A stretch of 63,622 nucleotides of DNA from Bigelowiella natans CCMP2755 (GCA_000320545.1 ADNK01003131.1:1-63622), one strand, 5' to 3'; counted from the first letter of the stretch, positions 13,682 through 27,512 are shown. The notes: generated from the letters alone by a model not told the origin. Made by a program: numbers and translations.

Positions 13682-15260
13682 CTAATTCCTATGGCTAGAA
13701 GTCCTCCCATTGCGCCGCCTACGTCGGTATCTGCGTTGAATACTACGTCCGTTGTGAGCAGCACCGTTATTATGATGCCCAAAGTTATTATTACGATGAT
13801 AGCGAGGAGGGCTGCTGCTGCTTTGAGAAGAGGGATAGGAGGCGAAGTTGTATTGTGTTTGATGGGCGGTTCTACTTGGCTGCTTGACTTGCCCATTCAC
13901 AACATTACCTTCGCGACTACCGCTACTGGTTCGGATGCTGCTGCTCTTGCTCACCTCTTCGCCTCTCGATGACCTGATTTTAAATTTAACTCAATTTTGT
14001 TGTTATAAATCTTTTTACTTGTACGTTGGAGTATATAAAGATGAAGAAGCTATTCGTTCCAACATAGTCATCAGGATACCACGACTAGTCGATCATCACG
14101 GTAAGTAGTATCCCCCCCTCCCCCCCCTCATTTAAGGAGAGCATATCATCTTTCGTCTCCTTTCTTATTTAATACTTGAGCTGCTACTGCTACTAGTACC
14201 CGAGAAGTTTCTCATTGTGGTGGTTCCATTCAGCAAACGACATCTCGATACTGACGTCGTTGCGTGATGCAGAGCTGGGATCTGACACATCATCATCATC
14301 CTCATTTCTCTTCTCCTGCTCCATCAATTCCTGATAGTGACGACGATGATGATGATGAGCATGGGGATAACGATAATGAAGCCACCGTGATAGTCAGTTT
14401 ATACCATTGATGAAGGATCTCATCACTAAATGGAGAGCTGTTTCCAATCATGCTACTACTTTCTTTCTCCTCCTACTACTACCTTTTCCTACTCAACTAA
14501 CTACTTCCTACCCTTTCGTGGTTGGCCATCTCAGGAAATCCCTTGGTTGGATTGGAGGGAGGTTCCTCCTGCTTTGAAGAGGAGGAGTCATTGCTGCTGC
14601 TGTTGTTGCTGCTGCTGAGCCCTTTCTTTCTCTTCCCCTTGTTCCTCTTCTTCTTCTTCTTCTCCTCCTCCTCTTCCTCGTCATCGTCCTTGTTGAGCAT
14701 GGAACGGATAGTCTCCATAACATCTGTGTATATGGTATTGCAGAACACGTTCAGACTTAAAGAGCGGCGAAAGGGTTCTTCGATCATCAATCCAATCTCT
14801 TGGATCCCAAACAACGCCCATGTCACCAGCGCCATCACGGGAACCTGATCACGAGAGGGGGGGGGGAGGAAAAAGAGGAGAGCAACGAGTGAGCGAGGAT
14901 GGATGGACGGTAACAAGAAAAGAGGGCAGTTCTATATTCCAAACAGTATCAGGATATCAATCATACTTATTATTAGGCGACGATGCATAAAGATGATAAA
15001 ATAGCTGATATAACTTACCGCTGCAAAACCGAGTTCTCCAACAACAGCAATGGGCAATGTAAGGCACCAGAAGGTCAAGAATCTGGCAGCAGCAGCAGCA
15101 TCATTATCATCATCATCATCGGTAAGGTAAGGAAGACGAAGAAGAAAATGACGACCAAGATGAAGGAAAAGAATTAATGTCAGTATATGTGAAAGACAGC
15201 TGGATGGTTGCAGTGATGACATCTATGGTTGGCTGTTCTAAATATTATATAACAACATCC

Positions 15261-15291
<31 letters not shown>

Positions 15292-15830
15292 TTAAGGATT
15301 CTTCTCCCCCCCCCTTCCCTTTCTCCCTCCTTGTTTCTAACAATCTCTCTCATCAGAAACCTCGATGTGTGACGTGCGTAGTTGAGTGGGACCGGCGTCT
15401 GAACGATACGTTCCGCAGCACCCATGTTGCTCGTTAGCTGATCTACTATTCTCATCATGGACAAGCGCTCTCTCGATGCGAAGTATTTGGTGTCAGGGAT
15501 TGAGTGGCAAGTAGCAGCGAGCATGTGGAGAAGGGCGAGGGGACGATTCCGTGCCCTGTAGTAGTAGTAGACAACCAACATTTCACAGTGTTCGTATTAA
15601 CAAGTTTTTTTATTGCTTTATCGAAAGCACCATCGAAACTAGAAACAAAAGCTGGTAGTAGAAATAATGCAGCAATGACTTACTTTTTGAAAATTAGCGA
15701 CATGTGATAAGAATGATGTTTGGAGAGCTGCTGCTATTTATTACCTCCCTAATGTGATACGATCCTCCCGGTTCAGCAGCGCTTGTTCCACGAATCTGTT
15801 GTAAGTCAAGCACACACATTATTATACTTA

Positions 15831-15873
<43 letters not shown>

Positions 15874-16706
15874 ACACTTAACTGTGACTCCTGAAGTCTG
15901 AATTCCGTCAAGTGCTGTTTGAGCACTATCGCAAATGCGGAGAGGAGGCGAGCAATCCTGTCCACGCGAGCGCTCCCCGCACTCTTCTCATGTAACACAG
16001 CTGCGCGTGCAAGACAGCGCGCGTTGTCGATGATCTTCTCCCAGATAATTCTTCCCTCCCAAAAACGGTTGTAGGCGGCGTTTGTCCTATGAAGATAGAG
16101 TGGGGGGGAGGGGATTAGTATTAAAACTAAGGGGGGAGAGGAATCTCATCACCCACCACCACGAAGACCATCATCATCGTCATTAGGAGTAGCAGTAGAG
16201 TAAGGCTACTACTATGAAATCTTTTTTTGGCATAATCATTCCTATTGCTGTGCCTCTGAGAGGATCTCATCGACCTAAAGACAAGAAGCAAACCGAGGGC
16301 TGGAGTGACAAGTGTAGGCCCATGGCCAGAGGCAACATGCGGGAAGGGGAAGGCGAAGTGGTTCAAGCTTGCGATTAGGACCGTCCATAGCACATTCATC
16401 AAAACGATCGCACGGATCCTTTTTAGTGTCACACTTCTTGGAAGTTGACCAAGGATGTGCAGCCAGTCTCTAGATACATATCGCTTAGCTTGAGGGATGG
16501 AGAGAACCTCGCCCTTTCGCTTCCTATATACCGTGGCCTCGTGAGGAACTTCTCCCGGATGGGATTGCCCAAACATCTTTTGGGCGAGTTTAGGCACCGC
16601 ATCATCTTCGAAGTAGAAGAGTGCATCGTCCAATTTCTTACGCCGGTCAGTACGCTCGGTACTGTTTGTGGTACTTGAGGTACTTGCAGCGGCAATAGTG
16701 CTACTG

Positions 16707-16738
<32 letters not shown>

Positions 16739-17350
16739 GCTACTACTACTGCTACTACTACTGCTTTTTCCACCAAAATCGCTAATTGGGGGAGCACCGC
16801 TGCTTTCACTTTCAAAGAAGGATGAGTAGAACGGAGGGCGAGAGTCATTTAAGATCGCAGTCATCGGCCTTTTGCTTTTCTGCTGCATTGGGCCTATTCT
16901 TCTCTCCCTGCCGTCATGTCCCTTACCATACCCCCATCGATTGGAGGCAATCTTGGTAAATATTCCGGATGGGAGGGGTGTAGTGATGGATGAGTAGCTA
17001 CTTGCCTGCTGCAAACGAAGAATGGCATCAGACTGGTTGATAAAGATGGAGGGCTGAACGATCAGTTTTGCGAATGGCAAGAGACTATTTTGTGGTTGAT
17101 TCCTTCCTCTTTACATAATTTACCATCATTTTTTTGAATTTATCAAGCAGGCTACACAAACCTGGAGGGATCTGGCTGGTGGGGCTGCTACTTGCAGGCC
17201 TCTGCTGAACCCCCGCTCGAGTATTTTCGTAATTATGTGCTGCCCATTCGTGGATACTCCAGAGGGACGGGCCCGTCCCACAATGGCATGCATCATACCA
17301 ATTATAAGCCACACGTTCATTCCCGTACGAATCCCCCTCATCCACCGCAT
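13682..17350 (-). CDS. Bestrophin-like (UPF0187/VCCN1/BST-type) anion channel, probably plastid-targeted, with a long disordered C-terminal tail
   Basis: Motifs ALGLLLVFR|TNAAYNRFWEGR, RNRPL, GAAERIVQTPVPLNYARHTSR|FLTFWCLTLP and LFGIQEIGLMIEEPF. The N-terminal hydrophobic segment is followed by a Ser-rich transit-like region. The C-terminal exon structure is approximate. Confidence 0.88.
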
Positions 17351-18018
17351 GCCTCCCGTTGTCAGGCTCGAGCAGCCGAAGGAGGACAGGTGGGAGAAGG
17401 GCTGCAACGCAAATTTCAGAATTTATTTTTCCTATTCTAAACTGGATACTATCCAATATTGGAGGTTATTTTTACATACTGTCAGTCTAAAAATAATGTC
17501 GCAACAATTAAATATAACTGATTTTAATTACCGCATATGCCTTCATTATTTGAGGTGTACCTGACTGAAGCAACCCTGTCAGACCGAATTGCTTTCGTGT
17601 AATATTCTTCGGCCGCAAAAAGCCTTGCTTTATTTAATTAAATTTGGATTTCAATCTTGTCGCTTTAAAGAATTAAATTATAATAATTCCTTGCGACGGG
17701 ATAGAATCTGCACTATCAGGATGTATCCTATACCACAACGTTGAACCCTTCTTATTCGTAGGAGAGCTGGGAATGGCCTACCGCGATTGCGTCAAAAAAT
17801 TTACGATGTCTTCACTATAAATTCCTTGCTAATTTCAGCTTCCTCGCATACGTAGCCAACTTGAAGACAGTCTTCGTTTACTGAAACTGTGTAGATTTTG
17901 TCGTATAAATATCGTATTTCGATGTCGTAGTAGCCAAACGGTAGGCCATTTGTTCTCATAATGTGAAGATGGTGCTCCTGGGACAGTCGACAGATCAGAA
18001 AACACTTGGCAATCCGCC

Positions 18019-18956
18019 ATGGCGCCCATCAACCTCAAGCGTGACGTTCCTCTCCTTGCGTTCAACTTCTCCTCTGCTATCATCCTAATCTCATGCAACA
18101 AATTTGTGTTTAAGGTTAATAGTCTACTATACGGATGGAATTACATCGTTGATGATGTTGTTTGACTGCATTATGAATAGGCTGGATTTAGCTTCCCTGC
18201 AATTTTGAGTTTGTTTCAGTACTGCGCAACATACTCACTATTAGAGGTAGTGGCACGTTTTGGAATATTTACACCCTTAAAAGCGGGTACAATGGATCGG
18301 CAGCTGACGATTCTAGCTATTGTCATTGGGCTTGCGACTCCTATCTCCAATTTAAGCCTCAAGTATAACTCGGTAGGAAACAACGATGATGATGATGATG
18401 ACGATATTTTAGAGCAGGTTTTGGCAGTGAATTCGGATTCTGATATGAGTATAAATGTATGTATATACATATTGTATGGCGCGGTACACAGGGAATACGG
18501 TCTGTGTGTGTGTGTGTGTGTGTGTGTGTTTGGACGAATACAAAGTGAGAGGGATCGAACGGAATAAAAAGACATATATATGTTCTTCCTTGTTTGCATT
18601 CCTCTAGGTGGGAGTATACACAATAGCCAAGCTTCTGATCACACCTGCAGCAGTAGCCGGTGACTACATGATGCGGGGAAAGCAAATTTCGATGGTCCGT
18701 GGAGCTATCCTTCTGTTCCTGTGCTCCTCTGTTCTTTTCACGGGAAAAACAGACCTAGAGCTGAACTTTGCTGGAACCCTGATAATCATAGCTTGGCTAC
18801 CCGTAGCTGTGATGTATAAAGTAGGCTGGGCAAAGGCAGTTAAGGAGCGAGGATTCGAAACATTGGCTCTGATGCATCTAATTACACCGTAATGAGCGAA
18901 AGCTAGCACTGTGCCCACCTCGTTCTCAGAGGGAGAGAGAGAGAGAACCACACATG

Positions 18957-18997
<41 letters not shown>

Positions 18998-19760
18998 ATA
19001 TTTATTTTAAATTTGGATGTGTAGTCATTTTTCTAGTATTTACGAATACATGACATAAAGCCTTGCCGTGCTGCATTATTAGGTATGCTGCAATGGTTAT
19101 CGCTGTGTTTGCTTTGGCTGTAGAGCCTATTGACCAGTTCTTAGAGTTTGAATGGATGACAATGGGGGGTATTGTTCTTGTGCTTCTGTCTGGGGTCGCA
19201 GCCTTCTTGATAAATCTCTCTGGTAGTACGAATTACTTCCAATGTTCTCTGACGAAGAACACATCTCTCCGTCTGTCATCTATCTGAAGCAATAATGAAA
19301 AAAACCAATCTTCTTCACTCCATCCCCCCCCCCCCCCCCTCCCCCCGCCTTCCCCATTACTGGTGGCAACATACGTGCAGGTTTCCTCGTGATGGGTCTT
19401 TTGAGTCCATTAACCCACATCATCCTTGGACAGGCAAAGAGCGCTGTGATGATGATGATAGGCACGATTTTCTTCGCCTACAACCCGCCTACCAAGAGTT
19501 TGGTGGGTGCTTTCTTTGCAATGCTTAGCATTACCGCATATACATACGTTAATGTGAAGGAACAAGCGGCGTCTAAGGCCACCGACCCGCCCATCGTGCA
19601 AAAAGCCAACAAGATTGACATTATGCTACCGGTATCTATAGGGGACAGCAGTGGTAGTAGTAGCACAGCTTCCATCAAAATGGAACCGATGGGGGGAGGC
19701 AATAGCATCAAACAGCCAGCTGGCAATAATAACAACAACTTCAAGCAGGCTGATGTATAG
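18019..19760 (+). CDS. Nucleotide-sugar/triose-phosphate transporter family protein (SLC35E3/UXT/URGT-like)
   Basis: FNFSSAIILISCNKFVFK|AGFSFPAILSLFQY, NLSLKYNS|VGVYTIAKLLITP, NLSG|FLVMGLLSPLTHIILGQAKS; many hydrophobic segments; four GT-AG introns. Confidence 0.88.
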
Positions 19761-19989
19761 TGTTATGCTAGTAATGATGATGTGGTGTAGTGCAGATCGA
19801 GAAAATGCATGTTGGTATATAATTAAAGACGCAGGAAATATTAGTTGATAAGAGAGTGCTTTCATACCTCTGTCTCAAAAGAATAAGTACATACATGAAG
19901 AAATCGTAATCACGCACTTGGGCTACAGCCAGTCAATATTCCACTCAATAAATAAGTCACAATCTGAGACATAAACTTCCATCGTTATC

Positions 19990-20350
19990 GACTGATGAGC
20001 TTATATGCTTTGCATGTGGATTACGCATGAACAGCTTCACGTTAAGTATATATATAGAGCTATATATGCAGCTCTAGAGCTGTGCTGCTGCAGAGTCTAG
20101 AACTAGCTGCTACCGCAAAGTCGCAAGCTATATAAAGCGCAAATATATAGTTGGCTGTATAAACGACAACGTTTTGCTCACGCGCTTCGCAGCTAGTTTG
20201 ACCGTCATCAATAAATGCTTCGAAGTGTAGTGAGCGGACAATAGACCAACCAATACAAATGACAACAACCTATGATTCACCAGCCATCTCATGCATCTCT
20301 GTTTAAGTTCATTATGGGGTAGACCAAACAACTGCAGTAATACGTAGCTG
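19990..20350. other. Short convergent spacer with CTAG/AGCT palindromes
   Basis: Perfect 14-bp palindrome CAGCTCTAGAGCTG at 20069-20082; also TCTAGAACTAGCTG. Confidence 0.55.
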
Positions 20351-20410
20351 AATATACACTTTCATTCATTAAATCAATATAGATTCGGGTGCTAAGGCGA
20401 TGATGCGATT

Positions 20411-21703
20411 TTATATCGTGTTGAAACTTGAGTTTTTGTTCATACTGTCAAGTGTTTTTATCATGAACGAGAAAGTTGAAGGCGTAAGGTTCCCTACTCC
20501 TATATTCTGAACCAGCACCAACTCTACAAGGTGTGCAGCTATAATATCTTGGAGCCCTGATACATGCTCTGCTTCGGATTCCAGTATTTCATTCTTCATC
20601 GTCTGAAATTTATCTTTAACCTCCGTGGCTATATCCCTGGCTTGACCCAAAACGAAATGATCTGAGAGAAACTTCTCACAAACACGCTCTAGAGAGGTCA
20701 TTGTTGGTATCGATTTCGTCGTCATCAACGATTCTCTATTACCATGAACACTCCTTCCGGTCTCAAACAGAGGTCTGTAGCGTGATTGGTACAGGTCTTG
20801 AAGGAATTTATGCGGGAGAAGCCCTAGCGAAGAAAGTATGTAATGTAGGAGTACGTGTATATACGAAAACTTCTCCAGAGAGTTCCAAGATGACCCAACA
20901 GAAATGTCTTGATTAAATATTGCAGCTGCGGCTAGTCTTACAGAGGATTCGGAGAACACGTTGATGGAGACGGAAGGCGTAAGCGCCTCCACATGATGGA
21001 ACCAAAATGGAGGAATGTACAAAGCGTCACCAGGCTTTAATGTAACTTTCATATAAGGATCTCCCAGCGTCTCGAACAAAGGAAGCAGCTTTAAATCAGG
21101 GTCATCGAAGTCAACCTGTGACTTTCTGGCTCTAGGGTGAGCGTCTGGATAGACGTGGAGCTCTGTTGCTTTCGATGGTGGATATAGGTGGAAGCATTTT
21201 GTACCGTATACTTGCACGAAGACGTTGTTTGCTACATCATAATGTGCCTGCGTGACGACTCCCGAACCACCTACCCACGCGGAGACGTACGGTGCCATTC
21301 CATGGCTTATGTCCCCTTCCACTTGAAGCTCTTCCCAATTTTGAACGCTATCCATCATTTCAGGGGCAAATTGTTTTACAGGGTGGGTGTAGTAATAGTG
21401 CCAGCCATCGGTTGATGCTGACGACGATGATGGTTCCCAACACTTCGCAATGAGGTCAGGAAATGACATTTCGACATGCTCGACTTTGCCAGCATGATCA
21501 TCTGGAAGGAGGATAGAGGAGAACTGATCTGCATACATAAATTGACGACTCTGGCATCGTTTGGCCCTAACTTTTGTGCAAGAAAGAACATCTCCCAGAT
21601 TCTCTGGTGTCCATGCTTTCGATGCAGCCCAACTCCGTGGTATGTCAAGATCGATCACCTCAGGAACAAAAGCCTTACAGATTTTCTTCCCCAATCTCTT
21701 CAT
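20411..21703 (-). CDS. JmjC/cupin_8 2-OG hydroxylase (FIH/HSPBAP1/JMJD-like), uninterrupted ORF
   Basis: 430-aa ORF containing WVGGSGVVTQAHYDVANNVFVQVYGTKCFHLYPP (HxD), SQVDFDDPD and LKPGDALYIPPFWFHHV (distal His). Confidence 0.9.
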   Translation of the reverse strand: MKRLGKKICKAFVPEVIDLDIPRSWAASKAWTPENLGDVLSCTKVRAKRCQSRQFMYADQFSSILLPDDHAGKVEHVEMSFPDLIAKCWEPSSSSASTDGWHYYYTHPVKQFAPEMMDSVQNWEELQVEGDISHGMAPYVSAWVGGSGVVTQAHYDVANNVFVQVYGTKCFHLYPPSKATELHVYPDAHPRARKSQVDFDDPDLKLLPLFETLGDPYMKVTLKPGDALYIPPFWFHHVEALTPSVSINVFSESSVRLAAAAIFNQDISVGSSWNSLEKFSYIHVLLHYILSSLGLLPHKFLQDLYQSRYRPLFETGRSVHGNRESLMTTKSIPTMTSLERVCEKFLSDHFVLGQARDIATEVKDKFQTMKNEILESEAEHVSGLQDIIAAHLVELVLVQNIGVGNLTPSTFSFMIKTLDSMNKNSSFNTI

Positions 21704-22472
21704 TTCTCAACAGCTAGTAGACTGTTGATAGCAAACCAATCTCTCCGAAAATATATGACCAAACCCATTCGTGGACAGACCGACGCTTGCAGGCTTCGTT
21801 CGGCAGAGGGTAGGCCGATTTCGGAATCCAGATTGTCGAAGATATATCTTAAGTCTGAAAATAATGCATTGTTTTCGTCCGTTTTTTTTCTAACAAACCG
21901 AGGAATACCGGATATCACCGGGGATTTCTATCGGGCTCGTCAAAATACATGATGTTTCTCCTGGTTCGTCCTCTTCGGTGGGATGTGATTTCAAGCTGTG
22001 AAATGCAGTGATGAGTTTAGTTTTCCTCGAAAAAGTGGTTGTTATAAGATTTTAGGGATAAAAAGGACTTCATTTACATCATAATAGCGCAGTGGGATCG
22101 TGGAAATGAGTCTGATGGAAGAAGAAGGACGATCGGTTGTGCCGGCGGAAACGGTTCATCAATCATAATCATCACCCTGGTGAGTAGTGAGTGAGTGTAT
22201 GAAGTACGGTGCATACCTATTGTACATATTATTATTTGCATCTGCTACGAGACTGGTCAAACAGAAGAAGAATAATAGCGACTGCTGTGAAGGTGGTGTT
22301 GTGTCCAACTACATGTAGTAGACCTACTACATGCATCATCATCTCAAACTACTTAGTGAGCAACCTCCCTGTCAATCATTTAATCGAGCAACGTGTTCCT
22401 GTGTTCGTCATTCAATTCCCGTGTTACTTCCTACAGGTATCTTCTTCAAGGAGCAGTGGTATACTACTACTC

Positions 22473-22826
22473 ATGTCTGCCCTCGATGATTCGAAGGTGG
22501 ATGATCGAAGGAATAGCAGGGTCAAGCGACGGAATTCTGGCGGATCTATTTCTCACCTGTTGTCATTCTGGAAATCTGTTGAGAAGAAGAATAAACCAGT
22601 CAAAACACCGCTCCCCTCTCTCCGGTACTACCTCAGAAAATTCACAACAGCAGTAGTTTAAATCTTCAACTGATCGCACCTGTGCATACTACTTGTATAA
22701 AGGCGGCGCAAATGGAAGCCACCAAAAAAAAAAGACAACCCCCAAAGAGTTGTTTCACCGAAGCAGAACCAAACGTCTTCACCCCAAATTCGAACGGTAA
22801 ATAATGGAAGGATACGATATATGCAT

Positions 22827-22863
<37 letters not shown>

Positions 22864-23824
22864 GGAGAGGAGTGGGGATGCAAATGATAACCCCCGTTTT
22901 CCTTTTTCCATAGAATTTCGATGTCACTGTGACGCATGAGGATGGTGAAGCAACAGCAGTGGTAAGAAATTCCTCGAAGTCTCCAAAGAACAGTCGTCCC
23001 CCATCAAGGTCTCCGCCTCCACCCCCTCCAAGGCGTACACATCGGAAAAAGTTAGAAGGCATTCCAAAGCGATCCCCCCCTCCACTACCTTCACATCTCG
23101 CACTAGCGTCATCATCAGCAGCAAGGGCGCATGCAGCAAGTCTACCATCTCGCCAGAAGGCCAGCTCAACGTCTACGGCCGCAACAAAAGAGGCAAAGGT
23201 GACGCGTTAATTGTGAATCGGAGGATTTGATCATTATTGCTGTTTATTATTACTACTACTACTACCACAACCACAACAACTTACTACTACCAACATCATA
23301 ATATTTTACCTCTGATAATGTATTTTTGTATACTCTGGTTTGTTTCTATGTGCTAACGAACAACCTCTGTTATTCCTTAGTTGAGGAAGCAGCGTCCTCC
23401 TGAGGAGGAGAAGCAATCTGATTCTACACGCAGCAGCAGTGTGAAATGCATTGTGACTGAAAAGGGGCAAAGATCACCACCATCAGTGTCATCATCTTAC
23501 TTAATGGACGATGAAGACTGCTTGGCAGTGTTTGGATTGGACAATGATGAAGATGAAGATCAAGAAGAAAATCAAGAAGAAGAAGAAGAAGATGATGAAG
23601 AAGGAGAGGAAGAAGAGGAAATCAACAACGCTTCCGGCAATAGACATAAGGTTATACTGCGATGATCATCATGTGATTTTATTTATGACTATATACTTCG
23701 CCAGCATCAGTTGTATATAACCACTGGTGTGTACTTTTGTACTAATTCTCTACTATTTCCTCCCATACATTATAATAAGGACGCGAAAGCAGCAGCGACA
23801 GGAGACGAGGTAGGCAAAAGAAGT

Positions 23825-23856
<32 letters not shown>

Positions 23857-25638
23857 GAAGATGAGCACCAAACGACAAAAGGTTGAAGCAGAGATCATAT
23901 CATCCGAGGAGGTATATGTAAAGAACCTCAATGAGCTCATAAAGCACTTTATTCACCCGCTCAAGTCTAATCAAGAGCTTCTTGATCCAGAGGTTCGGTT
24001 GGTTCAGTTGTCTTCTCTTCCCCCGCCTTCATTCAATTCTCCCTACTGTTTCCTTTTTTTTCTTTCTCATATATGTGTGTAATTTATATAATCTTGCTAT
24101 TTGCTTGACTAGTCCATCCTTTTGGATTTATTGTGCTTTCCTCCTTCCTTTTTAGTGAATAGCACACACACACACACACACACACACTACTACTACTACT
24201 ACTACTTATACCAGGACATTCTAAAGCTGTTCTCAAATATAGAGTTATTGTGCGGATTCCACGTTGTTTTTCTTGCTGATTTGAAGAAGAAGGACAAAGA
24301 AATCCACCTCACGTTCCAACGAATGGCGGATTTCCTCAAGATGTACACGCAGTACGTCAACAGCTACGACGTGGCAATGACTACCATGCACAGATTAAAC
24401 AAAAAGAAAAAGTTCAAGGCATTTCTTGATAAACAACAAGCAGCAGCAGCACAAGGCTTGATGAGCTTCCTCATAATGCCTGTGCAGAGAATTCCAAGGT
24501 GTATTATGTTGGAGAAGAAGAAGAAGAAGAAAACGCCCTCATGTGTTAAGATGACGTGTTTTCTTCTTACTGATGATGCAGGTACGTCCTGCTGCTTAAA
24601 GAACTGATAAAGAACACGAATGATGACGATCAAACGAAGGAGCCATTGCGCCAGTCGCTCACCAAAGTGCAAGATATTGCAGCATACGTCAACGAACAAA
24701 AACGACAGGTATGAGCTGCTGTACGGTTTCTACATTATAACCACCAAATCTCACCATCAAAGCTCATTGCAAATCATCATCATCATCATCACCATAAATG
24801 ACGTCTCTCTCATATATCAGATGGAGAGTCGCACAACACTCCTGAACATCTCCGCACGTCTTCGAAATGTTGGTCATTTTGAGTTGTTTAAGCCTGACCG
24901 ACATCTTGTGAAGAAGGGAGTCCTTCACAGCTGGCATCATAGACTTACCAAGCAGAAGCAGCATCACTTCATGCTATTCACAGATGTTGTATTGTGGACG
25001 TCGCCAAGTAACGTTGAACTAACGGAGGGAAAAACAGAAGGAAAACATGGATGCTTGATGATTGGGGGGGCGTGGGGGGGTGAGGTGGAGTATTATGGTT
25101 ACATCATCACTATCATCATTATCATAAATATGACTATCTTCTTATTCGTAACATATTCCTTCTCACTTTCTTCTTCTTTTCCTTGTTGTTGTTGGCTGTT
25201 GTGAAGACTACCATTTGGAAGGGTACTCAGGTTTTGAGCAGCTGAAACTTGACCAAGTATCCGTAAATCTCTCCAAAAGCAGCAGCATAAGCGCAATTAG
25301 CAATAACAGCACAAGAAGTAGCAGCAGTAGTAGCAGCAGCAGCATCAGCCTCGCAAACAACCCTTGTACTAGAGAATCTTCTACAATGGAAAATTCCGCT
25401 ATACGAAGAGGAAGGAGTCATTCTTCCAGAGGCGATGATGATGCAATCTCCAACTCGCACACGGAAGAAGGCATGAATATTACTAAGGAGGAAGAGGGAC
25501 AAAGAGAATTCGGCTTTAGATTGCACATCCCAAGTAGTAAGTGCCGTTCTACCTTTGGTATAGGATTACTTCGTTTCAAGGAAGAAAAGCCTCCGACGTT
25601 CTTCGGTTAGTTTTTTTGCATGATTGTTATCAGATAAG

Positions 25639-25675
<37 letters not shown>

Positions 25676-25824
25676 GCCTCGAGCATTCTTTTAATACGAG
25701 CCTGTCTCATTATATTTGCTTGCTAGCCTCGGATATGGATATAACGAAGGAGTGGTGTAATGCCATAAGGGAAACAATATCAGATTATCTTACAAACCAA
25801 AACGAGGTCATCCTCCCCAGCGAC

Positions 25825-25895
<71 letters not shown>

Positions 25896-26863
25896 ATACC
25901 CCTCTTTACTTCTTGCTCATATGGCACACAAACATACGTATATTTGATGCATGGATTTGCTCATCATACGGCACACAAACATACGTGTATCTCATACATG
26001 GATTCAACCCCCCCTTCCCCCCTCTCTCTTTGTCTCTTTTTTCTTCGTTCGAGTAGCGCCGACAGAGGCGCATGGGCGCTACGACGAGGAAAGTGAATAA
26101 TACCAGCAGACATAAGAGGAGACGGTAAGAGTAATAGTAAACATCATCACTGGATTTGAGCGCTCTCCTTGTGATAACTAGCAATACATTGTTGTGTGTG
26201 ACATCAGTCCTAAAAGAAGTGCCAGCGTGCCTAGAAAGACGGAGGATGATGAAGAGGATGATCACCATGCACAAAACAACAACTATAGGTTGGCTGCTTA
26301 CAATAATCTGGTGAGGTCCTTCTAATGTTTTTTTATTGGAACTCCTAGTTTCACTTATTATACCACATCATCTTTTGCAACCAGCATGTGACTGTCTAAT
26401 TATAGCATGCACAGCGACCGAACCGCACGTGCTTATTTACTTACGTTACGACGGCAGGTCAATTTAAAGTTAGATCAACTCCGAAAGCTTAACCTAAGGT
26501 CGTCAGCAATTATCCATCTTCCTTTTCTATTCCCTTTTCTTTTTTAGTGCGATAGGTGTCATCCTCTCGCCCTTCATCTGCCTTTCTTTTCCCTGTTCTT
26601 TCCTCCCTCCTCTCTCCCCATTTCTTTCTCGCATAACATCTTCGTCTATCAGGGCCGGCACGCTTAAAGCAATAAAGAAAGAGCTGAAAGATTCAAAGTT
26701 TAGAGCCTCCCCAGACTCAACATCGGCACGGGTTACGACCACCGCCTCTAGTAGAAACCCAACATCTCGCACTTTAAATGCTGAAGATTTCCCGCTATCT
26801 CCTGCTGGTACAGTGCAACGACGCCGCCATTTAGATGTATCGGATGAAGAACCCACGGACTGA
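22473..26863 (+). CDS. DH-PH Rho guanine-nucleotide exchange factor with Pro-rich and acidic N-terminus (an upstream start at 22106 is possible)
   Basis: DH domain: KRQKVEAEIISSEEVYVKNL, LFSNIELL, FLKMYTQYVNSY, LMSFLIMPVQRIPR|YVLLLKELIKNT. PH domain: RHLVKKGVL...FMLFTDVVLW...KEWCNAIRETI. The last exon ends EEPTD*. Confidence 0.88.
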
Positions 26864-26869
26864 CAAATG

Positions 26870-27400
26870 GTGTGAGTCAAGCTAGCAAGAGTTAGAGAGT
26901 TTCACATTGAACAAATACAAACCAGTGTTGCTGCATGCAGCATGTATGTCCAGATATGTCTAGATATCTCATAGTTGGCATTGCACACACGTCTAGAAAT
27001 GAGTACCTCAGGCCTCCAGCAGCAATGGTTAATGCCTAGATGAATGCAATTGTGCGTAGCACTAGAACACATGAATGCCTAGCTAGCTATGTCATTTCAT
27101 GATGTTTGCATAGCTAGACAGCACTACTAGCTAGCTCTAGAGCTAGCTAGAGCACTCTAGCAAGTACTGTAGTGGAGTAGGGGGTTTGACAGATAATCAA
27201 ACATACTAGCACGCTCTAGCTAGCTAGACGCTAGCTGTCAAAACGAACAGCTAAACACATGCTAGCATGCGATCAATGCATAGGTATGCTAGCATGCATC
27301 AGGCATGCTTGGCCTAATAACATCTAAAAATGGCCAAGGCTAGAAGGACATCCGTTTTAGATGCTAAGTCATGTATTAACCGCGGGTACATGTCAGCAAA
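26870..27400. other. Convergent spacer with dense CTAG palindromes
   Basis: Perfect 24-bp palindrome CTAGCTAGCTCTAGAGCTAGCTAG at 27127-27150; CATGCTAGCATG at 27258. Confidence 0.75.
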
Positions 27401-27512
27401 CTAATGGGATATTCAAAAAAGTAATGACCAAAATTAAAATTGATAGTCATTTGTGAGTTCTAGATTGGATCAATATGTAATAATTGCGATATAGCAAAAG
27501 TCGCCGAAATAT

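Noticed and set aside
21476-21952. 158-aa plus-strand ORF overlapping the JmjC gene
   Set aside because: It is antisense to a well-supported CDS and has no motifs.
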